A DNA stretch of 64,000 bases. Origin: Haliotis rubra. Taxonomy: Eukaryota. This document shows, piece after piece, positions 1-14,180 of this stretch. A program made the position numbers and the translations under genes. The notes beneath the pieces were generated by a model. It ran no database searches. It was not told the origin of the DNA and saw only the letters and a program-made list of their open reading frames with translations. The stretch covers positions 930,001 to 994,000 of the forward strand of contig NW_025766990.1 of NCBI RefSeq assembly GCF_003918875.1, written 5' to 3'. Positions within the stretch are counted from its first letter, which is position 1. Every line of letters starts with the position of its first letter.

Positions 1-300
1 CGCCCAACTGCGTACGACAGATCGATCGCTTCGGTGTCGGTAGTGTTATGATGTGGGGTGCTATATCATACACCGGTAGGATAGATCTTACAGCAAGATA
101 ACGCCCGACCCCATACGGCACGTGTGACAATGGCCTACCTAGCCAATGAGAACATTAATATCTTGCCATGGCCGTCCAGGTCCCCAGACATGAACCCCAT
201 AGAACATCTTTGGGATCAGCTGGATCGACGTGTACGTCAACGTCAACGAGTACCGCAGACGCTTGGAGAACTTGCAGTGGCGTTACAGGAGGAATGGCGG
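1..300 (+). mobile_element. Tc1/mariner transposase fragment (C-terminal DDE region, internally deleted)
   Basis: Translates to [22 protein letters not shown] and [18 protein letters not shown], the Tc1 DD34E motifs; runs off the left edge. Confidence 0.9.
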
Positions 301-2582
301 AGGTCAGGTAAGAATCCAACGTCTCATCGTGTTAGGTTTGAAAGCGTACCTCGTACGGCTAACTACTTTGTATCTTCATACATTACATCCGTGGTTGAAG
401 ATTGAAGAAAATAATCAGTTCTATTTGTTGTAGATTATCAACCGAAAAATGATTCCATTGGGAATAATATTGTTGGTACAATAGTGCTGGATAAATCGTA
501 GGTGTTCGTTAAGGAGATAAATATGTTCCGTTCCACAGGTAGCACCCATTCGCCACTCAACTTGCGTGTAGAGTATGTGTTTGCTATCTAACGACGCATT
601 CAGCCAGATAATATTATGCGTCATTCAAAGGGGGCACGTCAACATCAAAGCGACATGGCATGCATATCTAGAACCTATCCATTTCAACTGCGCAATCTGT
701 CTCGACAAATCTTTGTTCAGGCCTAACGTTAAATTCCTATCAATAAGGTCCCTTACAAATTCAAAATGGAGACTAATAATGGAGCACATCACCCGAAGAT
801 CGAGTTCATTTTCTTGGCGCATTTTAAATTACACACATAAATATATCACGCTTTTGTCGAGTGGACTGAACCCATCAGCGAGTGAATCCTGTGAGACATC
901 AAATGACTGTCGAGCTGACAGGAATGCAAAAAAAACACACATCCAAATGGGTGTAAGCTATTATTTACTACAAGATCATAATCACCACACATGAAGAGCA
1001 CCTTGTAATTGAAACACACCAAACAGTTTTCTTAGTGAGACAAACACCTAACCTAGTCTGTGAATGAGATCTATTGGAAGGAACAATAGTGTCATTCATG
1101 ATGATTCCAACGAATGTGCAGCGATTCCAAAGAATTTTGTAGATTTCATTAACAAATAGATGACTTTTTTTATGATCCAGCATGCCCTACAACTTCAGAT
1201 GTATTTGACTGATATGCGTTGATATTAAAACTAAGCTAAATATTTGTTTCTGCGGGCTTGACATCATGCATTAGAGTTGATTCATCCCCATGTAGTCATA
1301 AATCAGAAGAAAAAGGATTTCTCTCATGCACATCAGTTGACTGCTAGTAGGAAATTCTGAAAAGTAAAAAATCAACAATAGATGAATGTGTGTCTAACAA
1401 TAATGATCTCACTAATTCAAGTACATGTAATAAATTAATCTACGCTGAAACAAAAAGCAAGTATGGACACGTTTCGTAACACTCATGAATCTATCCCAGA
1501 GCTTCGAAAGCTACCATGAGTTGATCGTTGTATTTTTGTATATTTTCAATATTTAATTGCATATCTGTCAGACTTCCTTTCACAATTATGTTGATTTTGT
1601 GAGTTTGCCAGAACAGGGCCTGAGAGAGAAAGTGGAGTCAACAGAGAGCATGGCAAGGTGTCAACAAAAACAGTTTGATACCAGACTTGAAAGGATGTTC
1701 ACAGTATTTATGAGTGAGTGAGTGAGTGAATGAGTGAGTTAAAATGCATAGTCATATCTGCAGTCACGGGCCTATACGACTCCAGATAGACTTTATGTGA
1801 CCTAGCGATACACAGGGGCGAATTTGCAAATAGCATCCAAGTCGGCAACAATGAAGAAGTATTTCCATTAATAAGGCAGGTATTTAATTGCAAATAGTCA
1901 CGATGTTCAGAGAATGTGTTGTAATCAACATCGCATAGTATATATCAAAAGAAATCAAATCAAATCTGTTTCCTTGACCTAACACCAGCAAAAAGTGCAT
2001 CACGAAAAAAAACATGCTCCTGCTATGTTTTGGACAACATTCTGACCGATCAAAAAAAAACCCAAACCCCCCCCAAAACACACGACAACTTCTTCCGTGT
2101 ACGAAAGCAGACCTTGATAGTATTCAGACATCAGATGATTACGAGACTTCTGTCGGCCATTTTTCACAGTGTTATATAGTCACAGTGTTTCCAGGGAGGT
2201 GTTACAACTTATACTTCTTAACGGTTGCTTTTCCCAAGACTGATTCCGCCAATTCAGTTTCACTCAATAACATATATCTTTGTTCGATAGTTACAGATTT
2301 CCAGTGAGTGAGTTGTTACTCAACGCCGCATTCACGGTAATTGACCCTTCATCTTACCTTTCCTGTATGTCTGAAGCTTATACGCAGTGCATCTGCTTCT
2401 CCAAGTAAATCTTTGAAAACCGTTCCTTTGCTACACTTCAGATTTTGTGACAACTAACAGTATCATGAGCCTTTGATCTGAAGAAGCATGCTCCTGACTT
2501 CCATCAGGATGTTCCAGTGACTCGGATGTCGTCCTTAAGCTTTACCTCAGTCATCGAGCATAATTGATGCAATGTCGTAGGA

Positions 2583-2934
2583 GGTGAGACGTGGTGAGGT
2601 GAGGTGAAATGGGGTTTAACGTCGTACTTGAGAATACTTCGCTGATATGACGATGTGCATACGTGTGTATGTGTGGCTGCTTGCACTAGCCCAGACTTAA
2701 GCTGGTTTTATAGTGCTAGCTCACTGAAATACCATGCCGCAGTTAAGCATGAATACCCCACTCACACACATTTTACTGACTCTGCACCGACCAGTCCTTG
2801 CTGTACCCATTAAAGCCAAGCGCCAGGCAGGGACCAACAAGTATCATATTTTCGGTATGACGCTGCCGGGGATCGAACCCGCGACCTTCCGCTCTCCGGG
2901 CGGACGCTCTAACCACTACACCACGGAGGCGGTC
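2583..2934 (-). mobile_element. tRNA-derived SINE with Meta-like central domain
   Basis: Minus strand starts GACCGCCTCCGTGGTGTAGTGGTTAGAGCG...GGTTCGATCCCCGG (A and B boxes); 9-bp TSD GTC(G/A)TAGGA at 2574-2582 and 2935-2943; the site is empty in the paralog near 13245. Confidence 0.85.
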
Positions 2935-4577
2935 GTCATAGGATCTGTTATATGAATAGTGTTTAGTAGCATGGGATTTGGGGTTCTCGAAAATGAAAAC
3001 TACAAGGCTTCATGATGTGATCTGACGGTACATTTACTGTCCTCGGTCGAATCCCCTAATGTACAATTTCATTCTTTTGAATAAAACCGGGAGGCAATCG
3101 GTGAACAATGTAAGTATGTGTAGTTATTACGTCATGAACCCAATAATTTAAACTTCAGACACACGGTGCACAACAGTTATCAGTTACTCCCATTACATGC
3201 TGCAGTGTTCATCGCATACAATGCAGATCAAATCACGCCATGTAATGTACACACATACAAATATACTATGGATGTGTATAATACCTCTTTCATGAGGATC
3301 AGATTTAGTTACCTATAAAGGCTCACAGAACAGTGTATTGTACCATTTGTGGGGACCTGGGTTAACATGACCCAGCAATGACTAATGCAGTATTGTAAGG
3401 ATCTGTATAGTAAATATATATATACATGACACTACATAAATCCATAAGAAACGTATACGGATTATGTTCATTACCTGAATGCCCTACCCAACTGATAGCT
3501 GACACTAGCATGACAAACCCGATAAACGTCAGAAAGAAATTTTAAATTGTAAGGCTTGTGTGAGCATTGATTTCATACATATAGAAAGGGCCGTGTTGTT
3601 TGGCACGCGACACACAAGGGACCTTTCGTATTGTGTTTAGACACCAGGAAATTTTGTATCGCCAATGACAGTTGAAAACTATCCAAACATTCCCAGTGAA
3701 TCCAGGGTGAACATGTTCAACACACAACTTAAGCTGTTTGCATGTGCTGAATATAGTGCGCGTCTGGTGGTCACGATGTTAAACTTGGCAGATAGTCAAT
3801 AGCTGTACAGCGCACACGAAGGGTAATCCGGGGAAAATCTCAAACTGGTCTCCCCTCCTACATTGCCAGAGGACATAATATTACCTTAAGATAACATTAC
3901 TCCATTATTTCACAGTAACGGCTCACGAACTGAATTAGAAAAATCAAGTGGGTATAGTATTGCCTTTGAATCAAATCTTTCTTTATGTCATTGTTAACGT
4001 TGTCCTTAAACATCTGAATGTTAAATTCAGAAGGGCTTAGACTAGTAACGTCTGTTATAAATATTCAAATAGAGATCGTCCTGCCACCTAATTTTCATTT
4101 TGTGAATAATCGACATATCCTACTAATAGAACCTGACGATTCAAGTCACACATCGGCGTCCTATTTCAGCCGCCATTACATATCGTCCTAATACTGCACT
4201 GAGAAGTAAGCACGTCTTTCACTTGATGAATCGACAGTTCCAGGATCAGCTTTAGATACTACCTGTTTTGGATTGATTAGCATTATCAAACTGATTAGGT
4301 TTCATGTCATGTCACGATGGTTGATGTGTATGTTGATCTGTTCAGGAGTGTGGGGTTTGGGGTGTCTCTTTCATCCCGAGACTCTTGTCGACCTCAATGC
4401 ACAGAATATATGAGCGACAATGACTCTGATTCAGTTCTGGGAAAGTCGATCAGTGCTTAATCTCACTTCCTAACAGTTTCGAAAGCGCGCTATTAAAAGT
4501 GCAGTTACCAGTGAAAACTGGTTTACGAATGGCATTACATTGAGATTCCTCTCCACGCCAAACTGAAATACCTATAT

Positions 4578-5021
4578 TCCAGCTAACAATTTTACATTGT
4601 CAGAACGTTATGCTTTCGTTGTTACAACGTTAGTTTGTGAACTCCTATTTACGTTGTCACATCGTTGTGACGTGACGTTGCAGAGTGACGTGATATTAAC
4701 GTTGTCAGTAAACATGGAAATTATGTTACTGTGACCTCAGTATATTTATCGTATGGTAATCACAAAGTGTAACACAATAGGTAAATAATGTTCTACGTTT
4801 TCTGTGGAAATTTCGAATAATTTCATGTCATTCTTGCTTTTACGATGTTCGGGAAAGAGACAGTTCATGTCGCATCAAAGTTTCAGAAACTATGAAACAT
4901 TTTGTAATAGTCGATACACAATGTTATGACAATGTATATGTGTAAATGCTTTAGTCTATTGAAATAGTGTTATATAATGACATAACATCAACGTTGTGAT
5001 AATGTTGTGTGTCAGCTGGGA
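4578..5021. mobile_element. Old MITE-like element with internal AACGTT/ACGTTG repeats
   Basis: Ends (T)CCAGCTAACA...GTGTCAGCTGGG are imperfect inverted repeats; absent from the paralogous block. Confidence 0.45.
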
Positions 5022-5879
5022 TACAGTGAGATACGGTTCCAAACCCGCGTATTCACATATCGTATATATTGTTGTCCAATATCTTAAAATTTATGGGGAA
5101 GCATTTACAATGACGCCCCAAGCCATATATTACGACGGTCCCTAACAATGTAGTGGCCTCATGGTTGCGTTGATGCTCTCATTCACTTGCAGGGACATCG
5201 CCTTTAAAATAGAAAGCGCATCATCATGTACAGGCACTAAACCTAACACCTATCTTAGGCATAAATCACATGATTATCAGTGCGAAATATTTCTACTTGT
5301 AAGGCTTGAATACCTTAAACCTTTCAGCTGTATCCTCAGGTCGTCTTTCACTTGTTTTTGAACATACCAATCATGCTTTCATGTGCGTACATAGCATACG
5401 CAAGACAAGCTGATATTAGGTTTCGAAGTTGAAAAAATAATTTGATGTGAGCTTTAGTGTGGTGTTTGGCAGATACCAATTTCACAATTTATTTTATTAT
5501 TTTATACAGTAAATGTGGGGTTTGGTTGGCCCAGTGGTTAATGCTTACCCGTGCCACGTCACCCATGGTGTCGATTACGAACATTCGAAAGGCCAATCGC
5601 TAATATGGTTCGAATATAACTTCACGCTCCTGTGTAAAGGCGCTGAGTTGAACCAACGTGATGACTCTGCACATCCTTAGCCAAATAATTGAACAATTAA
5701 TTGAACACGTGGCTAGACATATCTGTTTTGGATTTCCTGACTTTAGACAGTGCTAGAAATACAGTAATCTCAAACTGAATTTTATACAATTTGGTTACAT
5801 TGTAGACAGAACATTTTACACAAGGTTTACGGTTTTGAAACTTTGACGTCATAACAGTGCTGCACTGAGCGGTATCCAG

Positions 5880-6126
5880 CGAGTTAGTGAATGAGTTTAG
5901 TTTTACGCCGCACTCGGCAATATTCCAGCTATATGGCGTGGGTCTGTAAATAATCGAGTCTGGACCAGACAATCCAGTGATCAACAGAATGAGCATGGAT
6001 CTGCGCAATTGGGAACCGATGACATGTGTCAACCAAGCCAGCGAGCCTGACAACCTGATCCCGTTAGTCGCCTCTTACGACAAGCATGGATTACTGAAGA
6101 CCAAATCTAACCTCGATCGTTACGGG
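5880..6126 (-). mobile_element. SINE family B (non-tRNA structured head, (ACTC)n tail), full length
   Basis: Reverse complement of 19552..19797; contains CTTGTCGTAAGAGGCGACTAACGGG and the GCTGGAATATTGC...GCGGCGTAAAACTAAACTCA tail. Confidence 0.9.
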
Positions 6127-6865
6127 TTGAGCAGTATACAAAGCCATTTGAGTGTTGTGGTGGTTGCACAAGTCAAATTACGTTGTTAATGTTATGCTGA
6201 CAGTCATGTCTCAAAGTCAATAGTACAGTCACTTTAGCTGTGCTGCATACCAATGCTTAACAACTGATATGAATAACGCCTATAAAGTCTTTAACAATCT
6301 AACCCTTCGTACGTGGGTGTTGCCATGTACCTGTGGCGTTCTATGGTGGAGAGGAAAACCTTGCACACTCAGTCTGTGTAAACACTATTCACAAGTAACC
6401 AAGCTACTAGAACACCTGAGCTGTAATGTAATGTCGCATATCAATTTCGCTATGCACTCTGTACTAGTTAGGTAGATCTGAAAAAGTTATATCCACCCGT
6501 ACAGTGATAACTCAATCAGCAATGACCTTGAACAATTAATAAAAGAAATATGATATGAAAATTTCGAATGGTGAATAAAGACAGTATCGATTAGAGAAAC
6601 TAAAAGTCATTATACCACCAGAGACGTTCCCTTTTCCCTCGCTATCTCGTGAAGACAGAAAAATAAAAAAAAACCAGAGCAAACACAGGGTGATGATGTA
6701 CGTCCTGAGCATGTCCTGGATGAAAGTTGTTGAGTTTGTTTATCAACACTATTTTGTTTGCTTAATTATTAGTAACCTTTTGCACTATTCTGGAAAGTGG
6801 ACGTATTTTACTTCGGACTGATAACAAGAGTCGTGATAAACGGTGTGAAAAGAGGAACGAGACGA

Positions 6866-7008
6866 ACAGCTATCTCGAGCACGCTATTTTGACTGGGAGA
6901 TGGTGCAGTTGGATTTCAGTAAGTTTCTCTTTAAAAGACCTAACCTGAATCATCTTGAAGCATTCGCATCTATGTGGAGGGTTGTCACTAATCAAATATT
7001 ACAGACTT
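6866..7008. repeat. ~140-bp duplicated segment (second copy 11285..11428)
   Basis: ACAGCTATCTC...GGATTTCAGTAAGTTTCTCTTTAAAAGACCTAACCTGAATCATCTT...CAAATATTACAGACTTT present twice. Confidence 0.85.
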
Positions 7009-8894
7009 TCATAGATTACTTCCTCAACGAAGGTACGTGTCTTTTCAGGAAAATACATATGAATCAAAGTACCCTGAGCATGTCAGACATAGGTTTGGTT
7101 TACAAATCTTCATCACATTCTCCAAAGTTTTAACTGAGCTGATTATTTTTCCTGTAATGTACTTCAAAGGTAATGTTTTCCACCGATATATATAAATAGA
7201 CCAAAGCATCCAGTTTTACATAATGGCACAGTTAAAACTTGCAAATCTTGAGTCAATACATCAATGCGAGGAAAATCTTTATATTTCTGCCCGCAGTTTA
7301 TCTAAATAATATTCAAACCTTCCAAATGGAAGGCAATGTGCTGCACCTTGAATTTCGTATTGATTACTATTGCGTTCTTACCGTGTGCGACGGGTTGACA
7401 TTTAGTAACTCATAAAGAATCCACAACATTGCTTTTGTTGTGACTGTTGCCATGTTACGAAGTCATCAGCGCAGCCATTCGAGGTGCGCCGGGTCATATC
7501 TGTGTAAGATCTGTTAAGAATGACACCGTCGTTACATGAACACAATGCTTGAGGATTTAGCTTTGCCTCATTGTTGAGTTGGATATGTTGTGAGCAACAC
7601 AAACTCTTTCGACGTTGACACAGGGAAGAATAATAGCTACCCACCTGAATCTACCCTATCAGGTTGCCAAAGCTAATACGTAATACAGAAATTAAGAACA
7701 TTAGATATTTGAATACGAGTTAATCGAATGGTTTCTATGTATATATAGATACATTTAGGGTCCATAATTTCTTTTATAGAGGTTAGAACACATGAGGCTA
7801 GTACCATTATGATCAGTTAAATCAGTTAGATATTTCTTGAATTGTGGTACTCAGGAAGGGAACTAACATGCATGTCACCTCTTACCATACTATGCGCGTT
7901 TTGAAAGGCAGTAAAGGACTAAATGAACGTATTAAGAATATAGTTAATATTTGTATCGCATTCCGATACTCTGAATCCAAAAACAACTATGTAATGTCAG
8001 CGTAAAGACGAAACAATAGTGTGTGTTTCCTTTTACTAAATCTCACTGGTTTAAGAAGAGTGAATAGGTGGGTTCGATCTTCTTTTATTTAAAATTGATC
8101 ACTTGTACTGATTGAAATTGATGGTCAAACTCCAGTCACTCCATATAAGAGTTAAGAAATGGAACTATTTCTTCATGGTCAATGGGTTCGCATTCTGAGG
8201 ACAGGTCTAATAAATTTAAAACTATCATGCCACCAGTGTCCTCTACTCTCATGAGATTATTTCAACCATGATAAGAGCGGTTTCCGTGCTTTAACTTGCT
8301 TTACTGGCACCCCCTCCCCCTCCCCCAACTTTGTAAAGCCATCAGTAAAAGAGAAGGTCGAAAACTGGTATACATATAGTTTAAAGTAAGTGTATATCTC
8401 AAGTTACTTTCTTTGAGATGCTGACAAGGCCATTGTTGTTTCACCCCACGAAAGGTTGTTTAAAGCATTTGTGAGTGAGTGAGAGGAAGGACACTTCATT
8501 AGGAGCCAAGTCGGAATCGAATTTAGGTCTTTTGTTTACCACTTTTGTTTCCGAAATATGATGAAGTGTTTGCTATGAAAGATCTGCTTTACTTTTAGAC
8601 ATTGTTCTTCCTGCAAAGATGACAGTTATTTATATACAAATGTTTTCTTCGAGTGTTAAGACCTGTGGACAGCTGAAATAGAATTATCTGTCTTGGCAGG
8701 TTCATTTCATCTGTTCACTTCCTTTCTCTGTGTATTTATCTACATTTCCTCCTCCGTACTTTCTCTGGAGTGTACATGACAAAAGGCTTCCACTGTACAC
8801 TTAAGAATCTTTTATAGGGATTTTCGGTAATAAACTGACGGGCAAAAGAAATAACTACAAAAGATTGATCCATAAAACAAAATGAACAGAGAGG

Positions 8895-9334
8895 AACGGC
8901 TTTCATCAGAGAATAGCACCTTCTGCCACTCACGTCGCTTCCAGCGTCGAACCGTCCGGATCCATCTAAGTCTCCGTCGACGATGTTCGGCTGTCAACTG
9001 CTGGCCCCGGAAAGGTCTGCAAGCCCGGATTCCATAGGACCTCAGTCGTCTGGCTACGGTGTATCGGCGTACACGGTGACTTAGGCCATTCGATGCTGAT
9101 GACGTCACCATCAGGAAGCAGTTTCTGAGATGCAGCGTGCGTAGATACTGGTCCTCCTGGAGCGTTGTGACTCGAGGTCTGCTTGATCGTCAGTCCTGTC
9201 TGACGGTATCTCTGCATGAGTTTGGTGACGGTGACGCGATGACAGCCATGCGTTCTTGCAACGTGGGCGTGAAAGGGTCCCATTTCGATCATTCCGATCG
9301 ACCGTTCTCGTTGTCGTAAAGTTAATCGACCCAT
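8895..9334 (-). mobile_element. Tc1/mariner transposase N-terminal fragment, frameshifted
   Basis: MGRLTLRQRERSIGM (paired-like HTH), TVARRLRSYGIRACRP, WQKVLFSDESR. Confidence 0.9.
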
Positions 9335-9374
9335 TCATTTGGTGGTTATAGAACGAATGTCTGACAACCCAGTA

Positions 9375-9508
9375 AGGACAAACTTTATGGATGAACAACT
9401 TCTTTATACAGGTGGTACGATGTTTCGATACAGATAATTGTATCGTTCATCCATAACGTCCATCCTTATCTAACTCTCCAACTTCTAAAATGCCACTTAA
9501 AGAAGTCT
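9375..9508. mobile_element. Penelope-like pseudo-LTR remnant in head-to-head arrangement
   Basis: AAACTTTATGGATGAACAACTTCTTTA...CGATGTTTCGATACAGAT is the reverse of the 32557-32612 motif; followed by CCAACTTCTAAAATGCCACTTAAAGAAGT as at 32628-32655 and 55815-55842. Confidence 0.6.
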
Positions 9509-10349
9509 GACTCGTTTGCTCTGGTTTTATACCCGTTTGGTATTCACGTTTTTAGCTTTGCATGTAAAACATGCAAATCACATTTGCACAAAATGGTGAA
9601 AACGCATGCATTGCATGCTGTATTTCCAAGTGGAAAACGTATTGTTCCTTATGTTCGATGTGTTTTCATGTGATGTTGATTGCAGCTGAATTTGGAATTT
9701 GGACACATAATGTAAAACCGTGGGTGTTCTGTTATCTGTTCATAGTCCCATGTTGTCATCGGTTTGAAGACATCATAGAACAATGAATAAAATGAGAAAA
9801 AAGTCTTTCCTTTTCGATACCATTTTTACAAAATATTCAACAAGATACAATATATTGAAGAATGTATAATTGTCGTCTGATCATACCTCTCAGCGAAAAC
9901 TTAAATATGTCTCAGATTGTCAGTGAAAATGAAAACCCAGCCTTGCCTATCCTCGAAAGCAAATTCCGTTTGATGTACATGGGAAAAGACATGGCTGTGA
10001 AAAGTATATGAACGGCTTCACTGAAAATCAATGATGACTCTAAGTGTTCGTGGGAAGGTTAAACAAATTATTATTCCTTACATGATTTACGTCATTTGTA
10101 TTTTTAGATATGACTGCCTTTTCGTCAAGAATGGAACGTGATGGACGAGGCTACAAGTTAGTATTATACGAGTTAATTGTTTATCATGGAACCTTTTCGT
10201 TGGATGCTGCTTTTAGAAACGTTTTATAATATTTTTTCTTGCAATATTCATTGATATTATAAAGTACACCCATAACATCCATCATGTCCCTTATTGTAAT
10301 TTTGGGGTCGAAGTCGATTTTTAACTATAAGATATTTAACTCTGAATGA

Positions 10350-10516
10350 CTAACTGACTGAGTTTAGTTTTACGCCGCTTTTAGCAATATTCCAGCAATA
10401 TCACGGCGGGGGGACACCAGAAATGGGCTTAACACATTGTGCCCATGTGGGGAATCGAACCCGGGCCTTCGGCGTGACGAGCCAACGCTTTAACCACTAG
10501 GCTACCCCGCCGCCCC
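10350..10516 (-). mobile_element. SINE family A (tRNA-derived, ~165 bp), full length
   Basis: GGGGCGGCGGGGTAGCCTAGTGGTTAAAGCG...GGTTCGATTCCCCAC head, (CAGT)n tail; exact 12-bp TSD AACTCTGAATGA at 10338-10349 and 10517-10528. Confidence 0.95.
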
Positions 10517-13454
10517 AACTCTGAATGAAGAGATGAGGATTTTGTTAGATCCACAAAAGAAGTTTGCAAAGAAAGTTGAATATATAGAACGTTTAATAGG
10601 ATATTTTGGGGATACATTGATGTACATTGTCAACCTGAAATTATATGAACTTGTTATTTTTGCTTCTTTTGATATTAGCTATCTACACCTTGCAAATTGA
10701 TATTTATTCTTCTATTTTCATGCCTTATTGTTATCAAGAGTACAATATCACTTAGAAAGTTCCTGATTTTCCCCTTAATTTCTATATTTCCAGCATTCCA
10801 TTGGGGCAGTGTTGGAAAAACTGAAAATGACTAACTGATCTTGACCTGAAACAGGTATGTGTACTCCAAACCCTTCAGTAAATGATGTACATAAAATTAT
10901 CCAAATAATGTAAATCCTGTGAATCAGAAACATACATAAAAATTACACAACCACTATTTTCGTAACTTCCAACTGGAAATATTTTCCACTTATACACATC
11001 TCCTTTCAGAAGCAGTTTGGCAGTTTTGGACGAACAAGAGGGTTCGTTCACCTAGAAGACAAAGAAGTGGGAAAGCAGAGGCCTTTGTCCGCAAAGAACA
11101 ACAATAGATTCAGATGTGTTAGTAAATACTAACCGTTCTCAATTCTAATCTTACACAGGTTAAACTTTAAGGAAAACCTTATTTGAAAACAAATCCAGTT
11201 AATGTAATTTCTGGAAAATGTACACTGATATTCCCAAGAACTTTCAAAATAAACACTGTTTAATACGTGCAATGTATAATTATACAGCTATCTCCAGCAC
11301 GTTATTTTGACTGAGAGAAGGTGCAGGTGGATTTCAGTAAGTTTCTCTTTAAAAGACCTAACCTGAATCATCTTTGAAACATTCGCATCTGTGTGGAGGC
11401 TTGTTACTAATCAAATATTACAGACTTTAACCTGGAAGGGTGAAAAAAGAACTTTGAAAATTCCAGACACTTCTTATATCACGGCCGTGATATTGCCGGA
11501 ATATTGCTAAAAGCGGCGTAACACTAAAGTCACTACCTCTTAAATCACGTGACAGTGCTTATCATTCAGTTCCGATATTGCCTGTCCGAATTCTAAATAG
11601 TGAAATCAACTGCGCATAGTAGACATCAAAAGAAATCAAATCAAAACTGCTTTCAGAGACCAAACACAAGACAAAGGTGCTTCACAAAAAACATGCTTCT
11701 GCCATGTTTCGGACAACATTCTGACGCCAAAAGAACACCGTGACAATTCCGTCAGTGACCGAAATACCTTGACAGCGTAATCAGACACCAGATGATTACG
11801 AGGCTTCTGTTGGCCATTTTTCCTGAAATGTATCCAGTGTTTCCAGCGAGGTGTTTTACTGAAGTACAACTTCTACCTCTTAACAATTGCTTTACCCAAG
11901 ACTGATTCCGCCAATTCAGTTTCACTCAATAACATATCATACCTTTGTTCGATAGTTACAGATTCCTATTTTCAGTGAGTGAATAGGTACTCAACTACGC
12001 ACTGACCTTTCATAATAGCTTTCCTGTATGTCTGAAGCTTAAACACAGGATATCTGCTTCTCTGCGGCTCATATTTTGTGACAAAAACATGTATCATGAC
12101 ACGAAACATGCCAGTATCATGAGCCTTGATCGTGCTGTCGTAAACAAATAATCAAATCGATTATCCTTTTAATCAAGAACAAGGATTTCTATGGATCTGC
12201 TGTGATAGCATAACAAAACGTCAAAAAATAATTTTCTTCAATTTCGTGGTCATTAGGATACATGGGTGGAATCAGCGTGGTGGAATCATTACAGATTTTC
12301 AAGATTTTGTTTGCATATTTTAAAATTTCTCATTAATATTATACCCTGGGAGATTTTCAAATTTCTTAATATGTTCCACAGATCTTTTTCGTGGATTCGG
12401 AAGTCTTTTATCTTCCTAGTTTGTCCATTGATTTCTCAGATTGTTCTTTGCTAGTTACTAGTAGAAGTATACCTTTCGGTGTTGCCATGTACATGTAGGA
12501 GTGTACATTTCTGTCAACTGTGATTGCTTCACTCACGCAGCATGAATCTAAAAGTTCTGATTCTACTTTTTGAGACACAGTGAGAAACAAAGACAACACC
12601 ATAGTTGCAGTGCCAACAACTCGAGCTATACATGTTATGTAAATTTAATATAATGACTTCACTTGTGACTTCTTACCAACACATTTTTTTTTATGTAAAC
12701 ACCTCTGGATACAGGTCTTTAACACACAGAGGCATAGTTGTCTTAATAGTTTCTACTGGTGGTCAGTGAACTAGGAAGGAAATTGTAGTATATGTATACA
12801 GCCATCTATTATTAACATCAGCACAGAGGCTTCTGGATATGTGAAATCTCTTAGAACAAAAACCTGGTAACTGAGACACCTCAATATTTGACAGAACTTT
12901 TGTGTCAGAGATACAGATTTAGGGTGTCCGAAAAGTAATGTTTTACGGACCTTGAACAGGTTATTAATTGAAGAAGAATTTTATGGATTGAATTCCGAAT
13001 CCATCTGCACATCACAAATGTTTCATGAAGAAGTTGGAACTATACTGGCTTGATTGCCAAGACTTTCTTATCTTCCGCCTCAGTCTGCGCATACAATATT
13101 CTGTCAGGATTCAAACTGTGGAGATATGCATCGTCACTTAGAAGAGGCATACCTCTGACTCCCATTAACTCAGTCTACGATGTTCCAATGACAAGGATAT
13201 CGTCCTTGAACTTAAACATAGTTATCGAACATAATTGACGCAATGTCATAGAGTCTGTTACATGAATAGTGTTTAGCAGCTGTGGGGACCTGGGTTTATA
13301 CAATCCAGCAATGGCTAATGAAGTCTTGTAAGGTCAGTTTGGAAAATAAACATACATGATACCGCATAAATCCAAATGAAATGTGTGTGTTTGACATACG
13401 GATTACCATATGCGCACTTCCTGAAAGCCCTATCCAAATGATACCTGACTCCAG

Positions 13455-13561
13455 TGCCCCGTTCCTCAAAGCGATCGTAGCGCTAAGGTGATCGTAACTC
13501 CCATACTTCAACATAGAATTACGACTGTCGTAGCGCTACGATCGCTTTGAGGAACGGGGCC
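13455..13561. mobile_element. Palindromic MITE, PIF/Harbinger-like (3-bp TSD)
   Basis: TIR GCCCCGTTCCTCAAAGCGATCGTAGCGCTA / TAGCGCTACGATCGCTTTGAGGAACGGGGC; CAG on both flanks; empty site in the paralog at ~3505. Confidence 0.9.
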
Positions 13562-14087
13562 CAGCATGACAAACATCGATATAGTTTTTTGGGTGTAAAT
13601 TGTTAGGGCTGCCTGAGCATTGAATCATATACAGTGTATGTACAAAGGATCGTATAGTGTGTACGCTATGTTTAGGATAGCAATATACGCCTGGAACATT
13701 CTTTTCGCCCAAAAACAGTTGAAATCTATCCTAGTTACAACAATGAATCCGAGGTCAAATGTTCAACACACAACTAAGCTGCTTGCGTGTTCTGAATAAA
13801 ATGAACGTGGGGTGGTAACGATGTTTAACTTGGCAGATAGTCAACAGCTGTACACCAAGGGTAATCGAAAATGTCTTCAACAGGCCTCCCCTTCTACATT
13901 GCCAGAGGTCATAGTATTACCTAATAAGATCACCCCATTGTTTCACTGTAACGGATACGAACTGAACATAAAGTCATGTAGATATAGTATTGCCTTTGAA
14001 TGTGAATGTTAAACCGCACTTATGAGAGGCGTACACAAAGTCCGTTGTCTAAACTACCAGTTGTCCGACTTACAAATTTGGGAAAAC

Positions 14088-14180
14088 CGCGGTGGCTGAG
14101 CGGGTGTAGGCGGCTGACTTTCTGTGCCGGCGATTAGGTGCCTGACTCTGAGAGTGTGGGTTCGAACCACGGATGGGTCT
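14088..14180 (+). repeat. tRNA(Leu/Ser)-like repeat cassette (same family as 28480 and 32714)
   Basis: CGCGGTGGCTGAGCGGGT (A box)...GGGTTCGAACC (B box) with shared internal GGCGATTAGGTGCCTGACTCT. Confidence 0.7.

Larger units (their letters stand above)
1944..5589. repeat. Segmental duplication block, copy A (diverged paralog of 11625..14533)
   Basis: Colinear shared stretches, e.g. ATCAAAAGAAATCAAATCAAA (1944/11625), CCCAAGACTGATTCCGCCAATTCAGTTTCACTCAATAACATAT, AACTTGGCAGATAGTCAA, GCAAGACAAGCTGATAT, GATTACGAACATTC. Confidence 0.85.

Noticed and set aside
5697-6189. ORFs containing RRSMLMLLITGLSGPDSIIYRPP (also 19648, 33341, 60267)
   Set aside because: Recurrent translations of SINE family B
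10350-10516. Functional tRNA genes at the A/B-box sequences
   Set aside because: The family A and Meta-type heads continue into SINE bodies with TSDs; none shows a convincing complete cloverleaf with a Pol III terminator
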